A stretch of 64,000 nucleotides of DNA. It comes from Lama glama (taxonomy: Eukaryota). Made by a program: the position numbers and the translations under genes. A model generated the notes under the pieces. The model was not told the DNA's origin. It ran no database searches and saw only the letters and a list, made by a program, of their open reading frames with translations. Where the stretch lies: assembly GCA_028534125.1 (NCBI GenBank), contig CM052818.1:31000001-31064000 (forward strand). Direction: 5' to 3'. This document shows, one piece after another, positions 1 to 12,427 of the stretch (the stretch's first letter is position 1; every line of letters starts with the position of its first letter).

Positions 1-235
1 CCGGGTACCTAGCAGAGCGCCTGGTATATGAGCGCAGCACTCAAATGGTACCTGCCATTGTCGCCGTCATTCTGTCTGTTGTTGCTGATGGTTTAATGAA
101 CATCCGACACCTCTGCCCCCATCTTTGAGCTAAACCTCGCCCGCACAAGCCTGGTCCCTGTGGCTGGGCACTGACGGACAGAGGGGGCTGAGAGCCAGAA
201 GCCATTCTCACAGACTTCCCATTTGTGTCATACAG

Positions 236-405
236 ATTTCGGATGCTGACTGGGATGACCTGTGGGACCAGTTTGATGAGCGGCAGTATCTGAATGCCAA
301 GAAGTGGCGCGTCGGTGACGATCCCTATAAGCTGTATGCTTTCAACCAGCGGGAGAGCGAGCGCGTTGCCAGCAACCGGGTGGTCCCGGACACTCGCCTT
401 TTAAG
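236..405 (+). CDS. GALNT14: GALNT14 exon 2 (stem / start of catalytic domain): [56 protein letters not shown](R)
   Basis: Acceptor tacag| ends at 235, donor AAG|gtactt starts at 406; 170 nt, phase 0 to 2; contains the family motif AFNQRES..SNR..PDTR. Confidence 0.96.
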
Positions 406-1789
406 GTACTTCTTCCCAACCCCTCCCCACAGTCAAGACTGACCCATAGCAGGCTTGATTTGTGCAGTGCCCAGTGCCACGAATTGGGGCAGGCCAACTA
501 TTTATTGCCAGTTGGACACCAAGGGGTCTGTGATGTGGTAAATCACCCTGTCTGTCCTGCTTATTGTCACGAGCCATCCCAAAGCATCCCGTGGAGTGGG
601 TGGGCGGCCTCTTGCGCCTGCACCTTGCCCCTCTCACCCGGTGGTCACTCTGAGCCCACCTGCCATGAAATTATGGAGCACTAAACACCCTCCAGCCAGG
701 GCCTGTTTTCCCCTGGCAGATTCCCGTGGCTGGGCCTGGCTTTCACACTGGGAGGGGCAGGATGGGCAAGCCCTGGGAAGTCAGGCCAGCGGTCTCTTCT
801 GTTGCTGGGAGAGGTCCTTCCTCTGACAGCCTGACACTTTGCCACATGAGAGGAGAAGCTAGTGGGGCCTCTTCACTTGCCATTGGGTCCACTGTCTGCT
901 TCTAAGCAGTCCTTCGACATGGTCCATTCTGCCATCCCCTTGGTCAGGCCATATCTTCAGATGGTTGCAGAGATCAGGCCTGGGGCAATGTGGAAAGCTT
1001 TGTTTCCCAGCAAAAAGAGGCTTTGTAAGGGCACCTTGCCTCATTTCCAATCTTTCCTAGGGTCATGCCAGCCCTTTGCTTCCCAGGGAGGCGTGAGGAA
1101 ACAGGTCAGTCTCAGGCCAGTACCTCCCATCTTAGCCTCCAAGCTGGGAGGTGCAGCCATGTCCAAGACCCATGACGGTATGTTTCCTGTCTGCTGCCGG
1201 AAATTGATGTTGTAACCAGAATAGCAAATGGGCAAGCTTGGGGGTCGAGGGGCTTGAAGGCAGTGTTGAACTGAGAGGCTGTAGGACTGCTGTTAGCTTC
1301 TTAGATTTCTATATTTGTTTGGACTTCTGGGTACCAAATTGTGGACACTGGGGTTTAGGCACAAGACAGTAATAATTGTCAGTCAGGTGGTGCTTAGTTG
1401 GGAATATGTGAAAGCTGGTGGACCTAGTCTCCCCAGCGAGGTTGCACAAATCAGAAACTGTGACTTAGGCAGCTCGTGTCCCAGGGAGGGCTCAACTGGT
1501 CCTGGTTAATCACCATCATTCCTAAGAGGAGCTGGAGTCCTGGTTTCCCCATGAATAAAGCCAGGGGGCTGAACTGGATGGGATCTGTGGCTTCTTCTAA
1601 CTCTGGGAGTCTGCGAACTTAACCCTCCTGTTAAGGTACCCGTGAGACACTTCCTTACCGCGGGGCCTGGGAGTGCTCTATAACCAGATACCTGGGGGAT
1701 GGGCTCTACCCAGAACACTCTCGCTGCTTGCCTGAGAGCTTCTTAAAGTCAGAGTCTTGTATTGTTCCTATTAAAATTCCCCAGCACTA

Positions 1790-1940
1790 ACCCTAGTCCT
1801 TAGCACCTGATAGGCTTGTTAGAAGTGCAAATTCTTAAGCTTCCCTCCAGAACTACTGAGTGAGGAACTCTGGGGGTGGAGCCTGGCAACCTCCACCAGC
1901 ACCACCGGTGATTCCGACGCCCGCTCAAGTTTACCAACTG
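1790..1940. mobile_element. MER5A-like hAT-Charlie MITE (approximate ends)
   Basis: Contains cttgttagaagtgcaaattct...tactgagtgaggaactctgggggtggagcctggcaacct...ggtgattccgacgcccgctcaagttt, the MER5 signature. Confidence 0.7.
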
Positions 1941-3766
1941 CAGAGCGTCAGCTAGCACTGTGGCTTCCCATTGTGGAGACTTTGTGTCCATGGGTGGGTT
2001 GGTCCAGCCAAAAGTTCCTGAGTAGAAAGGAGAGGTCTCCCTGCCTCCGGGCTGCAACCCTCTCCCTCTGTCCAAGTGACAGGATTGCTTCACCCACTGG
2101 GGAGACCTCTGGCTTCCCTGGGTCCTTCCTGCCCCTCCTCTTCCCCCAGTTTCTTCAACCAGAGGGTCTATATGCTGCCATCGTCTTGACAGTTGGCATC
2201 ACCTTTACCGAAAAGGTCCTACTGCGGCCATTGGCCCACCCTGGGCTCCTGGTTCCTTTGTGGGACGCCACCCCACCCCCACCCCATGGACAAAGCTCCG
2301 CTCTCCCTGTGGGTGTTCCCATTATGCCTTGCAGCTAAGGTCCTACTAGTTACGACACCAGTTGCCCTCTACGGGGAGTAATCTTAGATGCATGCCAGGA
2401 ATTCAATAACTGTTGAACAAATGAAAGGTAGAACAAGCCTGAGAAGACAATTGACTGCTCTTCTTCCCATCTGCCTTATGAGTACACAGGACAAGAGAAG
2501 CTAGAGGAAGCCCCCTTCTCCATGTCCTTCCATCCTCAGGAGCTTCAGATAAGGGATCAGGAGAACAGCCTCTGTTAAAGGAAAAAGGCCTTTCCCCTTA
2601 AAGAGTTCTCATTAATGAGAAGAGAAGTGTGAAGAAACAGCCTGTGGGAGGGGTCTGAGCTTATTAAATTTGCTTCCAATTTTCCTACCACAGTAATTGG
2701 ACTGTGATTTATAGGATGCGTTTGGACAGTGCCTGAAACAGAGAACTATTAGCTGAGCATGAGAGCAGGCATTACGGAGAGAGCAGGCACTAGGGGGATG
2801 GCTTAGGAGTCCAAAGATGCAGCAGGTGGAGTGAGGAGGGGAGAAGTGGGGGAAGGAGGGAGGCTGCTGTGGAGGTTTCCTCCCAACAGCCCGTTGTGCT
2901 GATTGAAAAGCCACATGCGTTGGCAGTGTGGAACCCCCGACAAACAGGTGGTGGCGGGGCGTCATGTGCTAGAAGCCCCAGAGCGGCCGGGAGCTGGATC
3001 ACCTATGTGGAATGGAACGGAGTCACCATCTTTCTCCTGGGCCTCTGCCGCATGGAGCCCATGGTACTTTGTGGAGGGCAATGGGGTCTACCTGGAGCCT
3101 GGGATGACCTAGGTGAGGAGTAGGAGATGAGGTGGGGCAGGCTTTGAACTCCCCATTCCAGGGTTTTGGGGGGCCATGGGGTGATGCTCACCCCCAGGAT
3201 AGTTTAAAAAGTGAGTGTCTACACTTTCCAGTGGGTCTACTCCTTTGCTCTTTGGGGTCACCAGCCTTCCTGTGCCCACCCCACCCCTTATGTAACATTT
3301 GACATTTTCACCATCTTGAGATGGCAACCTGCTGTCTTAGGTCTTCAGACGTGTCTTTGCTGCGGCTCAGGCTCCCCATCTCCAAGTCAGTCCCTGTAAG
3401 AAGAGTGGGGACGAGGTGACCAGCAATGGCCCTCTGCCCGTCCCTGCCCCTCTCTTAGCTTTGTTTTCTCATCTGTAGTTGGACTAGATAACCTCAAAGC
3501 TTTGTCATTGCGTGAGTGCCACCTGATTGTAGATGGATTTGTTCTGCACAGTTGGTCTTCTCTCTCTGGATATAAACACATACATACACACTGCTCTCCC
3601 ACCTGCCTCACGTGAACACAACACGGGGCGCCTCTTTGGGGCACCCTAGTTCCGAATTTACCCCCTAAGGCGCATAATTCTGTTAACACAGACGATAGCC
3701 TTAATTTCCAGGGCATGACCCAGGTCCCCTGAGGTCATGAGGATGAAGAGACGTGGCTGCCTGTAT

Positions 3767-3784
3767 GGGGTGGGGTGGGGTGGG
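3767..3784 (+). other. Canonical G-quadruplex motif (GGGGT)3GGG
   Basis: GGGGTGGGGTGGGGTGGG: four G-tracts with 1-nt loops. Confidence 0.7.
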
Positions 3785-4184
3785 AGGAGTGTGCCGTAAA
3801 TAACTATTTCAAGTAAGGAAGAGACAGAATCTAGCTGGGGGGAGTCTGAGAAGATTTCCTGGGGGAGTTCTGTTGTTTATAAAGCATTGACCGGTCCAAC
3901 ATAGTTCTCATTTTCCAGTCCTGTCGCCCCCACCCCCGTCACCACATTCTGGTGACAACAGCTGGATTTGCCATCATCCAAGTGGCACATAAAACGTCTG
4001 AAAGACATGAAGCCATTAAATGGAGGCACACCCCTGAGAAGGGGGGCAATATTTTGATAAAGCACATGTGTATTTTCGCTGTTGCCTAGCAATGCATATT
4101 ATGGGCTTGCTTTCATTGCAGGGGAGCAGGTGGTGGGGCGGATGTGCCCGTGAGCTGGGGGCTGGGGCACTGAGAGCTGGGGAG

Positions 4185-4360
4185 CCTCATTAGGTCCCCT
4201 CCCCCTGGCCAGGCTGGGCTTGATTGTTCCCCTTGGCATATGCTCCCGGGCTCTGTCCAGCGCAGTGCTAAATGGTTCAAACAGTGGGATGCCCATCGCT
4301 TGCCTGGAGGGAAAATTCCACACTTCGATACATCTCACCAGGAAGGCATTTTTCCTTTGC
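4185..4360 (-). mobile_element. Ancient CR1/L3-type LINE 3' end remnant
   Basis: Minus-strand translation of 4356-4249 is RKNAFLVRCIEVWNFPSRQAMGIPLFEPFSTALDRA. It aligns without gaps to the CR1 ORF2 C-terminal pattern RKNFFT.RV...WN.LP.EVV.SPSLE.FK..LD. CR1-like 3' UTR words (GGGAACAATC...GACCTAAT) follow. Confidence 0.65.
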
Positions 4361-5953
4361 TCCTTTTCATCCTGGGAAATGAAGGGGCCATGGCCCAGTC
4401 TGGGACTGCATTTCTCCCTCCTTGTATTTACTCGGTCAGAATGGCCGCCAAAGATCATCATCATCTCTCTCCGCGTACTCGTCACTTAACAGTAATAGGA
4501 TAAAAATCTTTACGGCTGGAATGGCTAAGCATAAAAAATATTCATATTCCCTCAGAGTCAAGGCTATTCCACTAGCTCAGCACAGAGTTGGTGATTCCAC
4601 ATCAAGGTGGAGGGGAGGGGAGGGGAAACCTATCACAGACACTTAGCTTTGCAAACTAGCTCGCCCATCTGCTGCGTCCTGGTCCCCCCGTGCGCCATTT
4701 TTCAGTGCAGGAGTTTGTGAGCCTGCTGGCCGTGGCTCTGAGAGCACTTCACTCCAGGGCATCTCAGTTTCAAGGAGCCTTGGAAGGGGGATAGTGGGAG
4801 GAGTTTCCCAACACCCTGGAATATCTCAGTAGGAGAACTGCATCTGCTGGCTTGGGTACCGCTGTTTGCAGAACCACCTGCAGGTCCTGGGAGTGGGTTC
4901 TCACCAGGGTGAGGGGAGAGAAAGACCATAGAGACTGGAGGAGCAGGGGCCTCTGGGCCAGGATTCCTTTCACTTTCTCAGGTCCCCTGTCCCTGGTGTG
5001 CTGCTCTTGCAGGCCTCTCCCCCTGCCTGCTCTGTGAGTTCCACACAGATTTCGTGAAGGGGCAGCTCCTCAGTTTTTGAAAGGGGACACGTCCAGAAAA
5101 GCTACTGATGAGAATTCATCTGGACAAACGGCCTTAGCTAATGTTTTCTCCCACCTTGTTTCCTGGTTAATTCCCACCAACCTGACGTTATACTGTGCGT
5201 CTCACTCACTCACTAATTTTCCGGTTCATCTGCTCATCCATCCACTCAGCACATTTACTGAACACTAACCACGTGCCGAGCTCTGTGCTAGGAACTGGTC
5301 CCCGTTCTCCAGGTGCTCACGGTCTAGTGGTGGAAATCCACCTGGGACTGATTCCTGATGCTCAAATGTGAATTGCCCTGAGGCCATAGCCTTAACTTTG
5401 GAGTTAATGCACAGCCTCCCTGCCCTTGATTTTTAAGCACCCATCTCCTGCTCTTTCCCTGGTTTGGGTGTAGCTATTTCTGTCTTGGCCATGGCACAAA
5501 ACACAGGAGTTAGAAACTATGCAGTAGAAAAAAGAGTAAAGGAGCAAGGCTGGTATGTGCTCTCAGGAGCCGAGATTCCCCAAGTGAGCAAACCCCCAGC
5601 TGGATGATCAGAAACTACCTTCGTGCCCCGCACAAGCCACCAGCCCCTCCTCACCTGACAGCCACTCCCCGGGGGAAGAATGTTCACTTACACTGGCCTC
5701 AAAACTAAGTCCTGGATCTTAGGGCCAGTAACAACAAGGGGGAGGTGGGATCGTTTCTTTCTCCTCACAAATATCTTTTTTTTTGAAAATTAGGTTTTGG
5801 GTGTGCACTTTTAAAGGCTGAAGGCTGAGGAGGAAGCCCTGGATTTGCGCTCTGGGTTCTGAGGGGCTCTCTCTAGCGTGCTGAGGGGCACCAAGGTGGC
5901 TGGAGTTCTAAGAGGTGGAGGGAGAAGGCATTGATGAGTTTGCTGCCTGTTTC

Positions 5954-6099
5954 TTTTTCCTTTCTTTCTTTCTCTTTTTTTAGTGGTGGAGGTAATTAGG
6001 TTCATTTATTTGTTTATTTTTGGTGGAGGTTTTGGGGATTGAACCCAGGACCACCTGCATGCAAAGCAGGCGCTCTACCACTGAGCTGCACCCTCCCCC
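5954..6099 (-). mobile_element. Young tRNA(Ala)-derived SINE, camelid Vic-1-like
   Basis: Minus strand reads GGGGGAGGGTGCAGCTCAGTGGTAGAGCG...GGTTCAATCCCC... (A and B boxes), then AATAAACAAATAAATGAACCTAATTACCTCC and an A-rich tail. Perfect 14-bp TSD TTGCTGCCTGTTTC at 5940-5953 and 6100-6113; L1-endonuclease-type site TTTC/AA. Confidence 0.88.
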
Positions 6100-6234
6100 T
6101 TGCTGCCTGTTTCAATACAGCCCTTGCCTGTTACTTGGGCTGTATTGAATCCTTCCAGTTCCATGGCTATTGAAAGATTCCTGCAAGACCAAAATATGCC
6201 CCAGGATGAGGATCTCTCTTCATCTTCTCTTAAA

Positions 6235-6990
6235 GTAAACTTTCTGTCAAAGTATCACATCCATCCTGGAAAGCTCATACTTGGTACATGTACAGCTTGA
6301 AGAATTTTTTCCAAGAGAAGTCACCTGTGTTCCTACATCAAGCACCTCGATCAAGGACAAGGCCTTCAGTTTGCCAAATGCTGCCTTTGTCCCTTGCCCC
6401 TACTCCCCACCGTAACACTGCCTGGCCTTCAAATGCCATAGACAAGCTTTGCCTGTTCTCGAACCATTTATAAATAGAATTACACAGTCTGTCCTTGGTG
6501 TGTCTGGCTTCCCTAAAAATATGTGTGTGAAATCCAGCCACATTTTGCAAGACAGTTTGTTCATTCTCGTTGCTGAATAGTATTCCTTTGTAGGAATATA
6601 TAACCATTTATATATCTATTCTACTGTTAACATTCGTTTGAGGTTTTTCCAATGTGGAATTCTTCTGATTAGAGCTCCTGTGAGTAACCTTGTGTTGGTC
6701 TTTTGGCGAACAGGCATATGTGTTTCTGTAGGGTGTATCCATGGCAACTTTTCTAGAGATACTGTCAAACATCTAGGGCAGTGGCTGTGCCCTTTCCACT
6801 CCCACCGGCGGTGTGAGAGTTCCAGTGGCTCCACGTCTTTGTTGCCCATCACTTCCTATGGCCTGTCTTTCATTTTAGCCTTTCCAGAGGCTAAGCAGCA
6901 GTATCTTACTGTGGTTTAAATCTGCCTTTCCCCACTGATCTGGGAAGTGGAGCACCTCTTCCTTAAGTGTATTGGCCACTTGAATATTTG
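6235..6990 (-). mobile_element. Old L1M (L1ME/L1MC-type) 3' fragment
   Basis: Typical antisense L1M 3' phrases: ttcattctcgttgctgaatagtattcc, ccactcccaccggcggtgtgagagttccagtggctccac, cattttagcc...gtggtttaaatctgc. Confidence 0.8.
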
Positions 6991-8039
6991 GCCAAGGGTC
7001 TCGCCCCTTCCCTATTCATCTTTCCCTGCACTTTGCTCAAGAACCAAGCACGAAGCCTGGGTCTTAGTCCGTCCTTAGTTACCTGCTCCTCTTCTGATTA
7101 GCTTTTGGCATTTTGGCCCACACCTTGGCAGCATGATAAAATGAGGGGGGAAATGGCTGGGCTGTACCTGAGAAGATCTGGGTTCTGTCTGAGATACTCC
7201 CCAACTCTTCAGCTCTCTGGGTGTCTGTTTCCTCACCCAGAAGATAGTTATTAAGGTCACTTCCAGCTCTGTTGCTGGTGGAATATACGCAGCCAGTAAG
7301 AACGTGTGGGAAGTGACTTAGGAACCGAATCGAGAGTGGACGCTATTTCCAGATGCAGGACTCCCTCCGGCTCAGCAGCATGTCCCCACCCCCAAGGCCA
7401 GGGATTACTCTTTCTCCTCACACACTTCCCTTCCTACAGGACTCGAGGGCCCCGCAGAACGAGTAGAGCTGTCCTCTTTCATTGTGGCCACGGCCGTTTC
7501 CATGTTCAGCCTTCCCCACCCGCTTTGCGCCTTCCCCTCAGTAGAGGTTACCCGACTCCCTCCCTGCTGCAGATCCAAATGTAAGCTGGTTTGACACTGT
7601 CTTTGCACTTACCTGAAGGTCTCAGAATCTATTAAAACACAATGACAAGAAAGCTGTTTGCTTCTGGAGTTGACATCACATGGGTGGCAGCTTGGCTGCA
7701 AACTGGTGACCTGCCCACGTTTATCAGTCTAGAATAGGGAGTTGGAACATACAGACTTTTCCCTTTTAAGACCCAGAACGCTGTCATGTTTAGTCACCGC
7801 TTCCCTCCAGCACTTTGAAGAACCCTTGGTGTGGTTTGATGCCTCTAAGGCTGGAAAGAAACAGGGCTGATAGGACTGGCTTGAGGCTGAGGGCACCTGG
7901 AGCAATTCCTAAGTAAAAGGCAGAACCTCGCAGCAAGTCCGTAGAATAAGAATAATTACACTTCTGTTTACAGGAGACTTCCCAGAGCCCTCTCACATCT
8001 CTTAGATGTGCTGTCCTCAGTAGCCCATTGGATGGAGGG

Positions 8040-8335
8040 ATCATTGTCACTTCACAGTGGAGGAAACTGAGGCCCAGGCAAGGCAAGTTGTTCGCTGAGT
8101 GGCAAAGTAGTTCTCCTTGCCATGTGAGCTTTGGAAGGAGGCAACTCTGTTATTTTCTCGCTGGTCCTTGGGTGAGTTACTCAAACCCCTGAGCCTCACT
8201 TTCCTCACCTTTAAAATGGGAATAATAATGGTACCCAGGGTTGCTGTGAGCGTGAGCAAATCCATAGTCGATGTCAGATGCAGAGCCCAGCCTTTAATCC
8301 CTAGTAAGCACTCGGTGACAGTTTATTGGCTGTGG
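8040..8335. mobile_element. MIR SINE fragments (two, opposite orientations)
   Basis: acagtggaggaaactgaggcccag; ccttgggtgagttactcaaacccctgagcctcactttcctcacctttaaaatgggaataataatggtacc (MIR core). Confidence 0.75.
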
Positions 8336-11300
8336 TGATGAGTACGAGGACCAGCATCAGCACTCAGGCACACATCAGCACACAGGGGGCGCAGGCAGGG
8401 AATTTCCGCTGAGAGCTATCTGCCTGCCTCAGCCTGGGCTCCCGGCACCCAATACTTAACTTGCCTGAATGTCAGACTCACTTTTTTTCCCACTGGAACA
8501 CAAAATAAGCTCTGAGGCAATTGCGATGCTATGTCTGGTGAAATTTGCACTTTTCAGATACCGGGGATGGAAGCCAAGGCCAGCAGAGGGAGTGATTTAA
8601 GGGCGGGGGGGTGGGCAGGAAGTATAACGTGTGTTTGACAAGAGATGAAAAGAGCAGAGAGGAGATGACAGCTGCTGGTGGGAGAAGCTGTGGGAAGGAG
8701 GCCAGCCGAGCGGCCACGGTGACAGACAGTGGGATGGAGTGATGTGAGTCCCGGGGGCCGAGGACAGCAGGAAAACTCACAGAGTGTGATGTGACAGAAG
8801 ATAGGCTCTGCCGGGGGACCCATGGAGTCATGTAGCCAGGCAGGGCTCCATCTGGGCTGGTGGGGGCGAGATCGGCAAATGCGCCTTGTGGTGTCCTTGG
8901 TGCCCTGGATGGGAGCAAGAGGAGCCACTTACAGCAGATTGAAGCTTATTGTATCTGACAGTGCTCACCTCCTGCCCTCCCCTGGCCCTCAGTGACCTCC
9001 CTGATGCCAGCCCGACCAGGCATCGTTACCTCTGTTCTCCTGCTTGCCCGCTCCTCCCTGTCTCTCTTTGATTCATCAGACAGACACATCATTTTTTCCT
9101 TACCACAAGCCTCACTGAGCCTGCCCGGGCCACCTCTCAAGACATCAAGGACCCATTTTTCTCTCAGGTCACCTGTTCCATCTCAGGGCAGGTTTATTGT
9201 TCACCCTGTGACCTCAGCCCAAATCCTTGGCATCCTCCTCCTCCCTCACCCTCACCCTCACTTTGTTGTGTCTGCCTCTTAGATAGCTGTTGGTCCCTGA
9301 CCTGGCTCCCTGCTCAGCTGCTGCCCTCTCCACCAGGGTGACTGCAGCTGCCCTCCCACCGGGCTCCGGCCCCACGCTGGTCCATCCTCCATACCTCCTC
9401 TGTAGAGAGCATCCCAAATGCGGATGCATCGTTCCTCATCCAAAACCCTGTAATGCCGCCTGGGCACCCCTCTCTGAGGGCACGTCCACCCCAGCCAAGC
9501 CTAGGCTTGCAGCTGCCTGACTGTGCTCAAAGGTTCACACCTTATCTTCGCTGCTCTCTCTGCTCAGCATGCTCTTTTGCCTTTCAGGAGTCCAGGTTGG
9601 TGGAGTCCCTGCTCTAGGAAGACATTTTGCCCCTTCAGGCTGAGTAGGGCAGCTCATCCTATGCACATGCTTCCCCCTGAGCAGCACCTGTTATCCCGAG
9701 TTGCCCGCTTTCCCTCTCCCCTCCTTGAGCAACGTGGGCAGGGCTGCTGACCTATCTTTGCACCTCCCTCCAGAGCCTGGCACAGTGCCTGGCACTCAGA
9801 CTCTTCCTCCGTATCAGCTGATGACTGATGGATTCAAAGAGCACCACACTGGCAAACTATCTACTGAAAGCATCAGGGTTTGCAAGTGCAGGCATGGGAA
9901 TGAATCCTCAGAACAGAGGGAGAAAATTAAATCACGGGAAATTTAAAACCACCTTCACTCAACAGAAAATTCTCTGTGTTAGCACATAAATCCAGGAGCA
10001 TAATCAGCCAACATTTATTGATCAAACTATTCCCCTGACACGTGGCAGGCACCTTATATATGTTCTCTCAGTGAAGCCTCACCGCTTTGCTGTGATACTG
10101 GGTTTAGAGATGAGGAGAGTGACTGCAGTTAGCGGAGTCACTGGCCCTTGGGAACATCAAGGAGTAGAATCGTGGCCGCTGCCCACAGAGAAGATGACAC
10201 AGTCGTGCAGAAAGGGGAGGGAAGCCAGGGAGCCCATGGGAAGCGAGATGGAGGAGCTGATCTGGGCTAAGCGTCACATACCGGGTACACTGAGGCAGCC
10301 CTGGAAAGGATGGTGGCTGGACAAGGAAAACGCGTGTGGAGGTTGTGGCACAGATGTGACCAAGGAGGCATGGACTGGGTTAGGAGTACCGGAAGGCTCG
10401 GGCAAGGGAACTGTGGGGCAGGACTGGAGGGTTGACACCATGGCAGAAGCCTTGGGATGCAGCCGAGTTTTAGCTTAGGTAACTACCAAAGGTAGGGAGA
10501 GTTATGTATGTGAAGAGGGTGTCGGGAAGATAAATGTGGAAAGAAGGGGAGAGGAGTGAAATGAGGAGCCGTCAGGAGGCCATTGCAGTCCCTCAGACCA
10601 AGAGTGTGGGCCAGGCTCGGGCAGATGGAAGTGAGAATAAAAGGAGGGGATGGAGGCAGAATTTGGTGCAGGACTGCCTCTGGGATGGACTGACTGTCTA
10701 GAAGGAAAGCCTGGGGAGTCTTGGCTTCTTGCCTCCCCAGCTCATACCTTCCAGAGGGCCCACCGTTGTGAGTCCCCTGGAGAAGAAGAGATGTTGGATG
10801 CCTGGCCCTCAGCCAGACCATTCCTGAGTTCAGTGTGTGGGTCTGGCTACAACCCTGGAGTTACTAGGCTACAGGCCTTATCTCAGTTGCTTCAGTCTGA
10901 GGAACATTTACCTCTTTAGGTAAGAGGAGGAAATGACTCTTCTCTGATCCTGTAGCTGGGAAGTCTGAGAAATATCAGAAAGTAGCTCAGGGAAGATCCA
11001 GGGGAGACATCCTTCCTTAGCAGGCAAGGGACAGCCCAGACTTGTGACTTTCCATCTCTCCAGAACTTTCCAGCATGCAGACTTCTAGAGCAAAGAGAGA
11101 GAGAAAGGTCAATGTGGAATAAAGGTTTGCAAGCTAGTGAGTCGGCTGACCATCCAGGGATGTTCTAGAGGAGACTGAACTGGTGTGACATCGAGGCTCT
11201 GCTGCTTGCTGACTGTGACCTCACTGTCTTCTCCACGAGAGAGGGGAACTCAGCACCTACCTCAGAAAACGCGCAGGTTTAAAGCTCTCAGAAGAATCCC

Positions 11301-12427
11301 TGAGACATAGCAAGAGCTCGATAAATGTTATCTGTTATTACTATTGTGTAATGTGATTCAGGCAGGGCTAAAATAAGACTTGAAGGAGCCCTAGTCCCAG
11401 ACACTGAGGAATCTTTTTCAAGAAACACTTCAAAAATAAGCCTTGGCCCACCTCCACACTTCCTGGTCCCAGCTTTTGCCTTTTGAGCACACTCTCCCCT
11501 GTGTACACACATGCACACACCACAGGCACACAGCTGCCATCTGGGTGGTGCCTGATACCAACTAACAGGTCCTGGCAGTGTCCCGAGAGAAGCCTCTTGG
11601 CAACTTCCAAGAGCAGCTGATCTCCATGGAGGAAAGGCGCACTTCTCCCTGGTTTCCACCTAACCTCAGTGTTCCACTCACTTCAAAGGGGCTGGTCAAC
11701 AAAAAATTGAAATTAGTTGTCTGGAAAAACATGGTGGTGCAGAGTGGAGCAATGGTCATTCCTAGGAGGTCAAAATGCAGCCAGAGGCACCTGCATTCTC
11801 CAAGTCAGCTGTGTGTTCTGAGCCCAGATTGCATGCGACAGCTTGGGCAGCAGAAATGCATGAGGAGATATATCGAGGCCAGAGATTGGAGATGGAAAAC
11901 TTATACCAGCTCGTTAGCATCAGTAGCACCAGGAACAGAGCTGGGGCTGCTGGTTCCAAAGCAAAGCATGGAGATATCCTATCTTCTGGGTTTAGTACCC
12001 ATGCTATCTGCAGAGGGTGGTCGGACACAGGCTCGTCATAATTTAGTGAGACAAACCCTTGAACTGAACTTTCAGATGCCAGTAGGTGAATTAGTGCAGA
12101 TCTGATTCATGGAGTTTGGGGAGAGGGAGATTTTCTTAAAACTTAATTTTACAATTTATAGTGCTTTTAATTCTTTGGAGATTGTGCTTTTCTAGTGTTT
12201 AAACACCCTTTCTTTTATGAAATAAGAATGATGCTAGGTGATGAGATTTTTAAAATATAACCTTTGCTGCAAAAGACAATGCTACAAGCCTAGTAATGGT
12301 CTCTATAACTTTTTAAACTTTTGTTTTACTCTTATGAAAGAATCCAACACCTAGAAACTATTGTCTGACACTAATGTTGAAATTGTAAATTGGATTATTT
12401 ACAGGCTAGGTTCAGTAATGACCTAGA

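Noticed and set aside
6021-6099. tRNA-Ala(TGC)-like sequence ending in CCA on the minus strand
   Set aside because: It is the head of a SINE (AT-rich body, A tail, TSD) with mismatched stems, not a tRNA gene.
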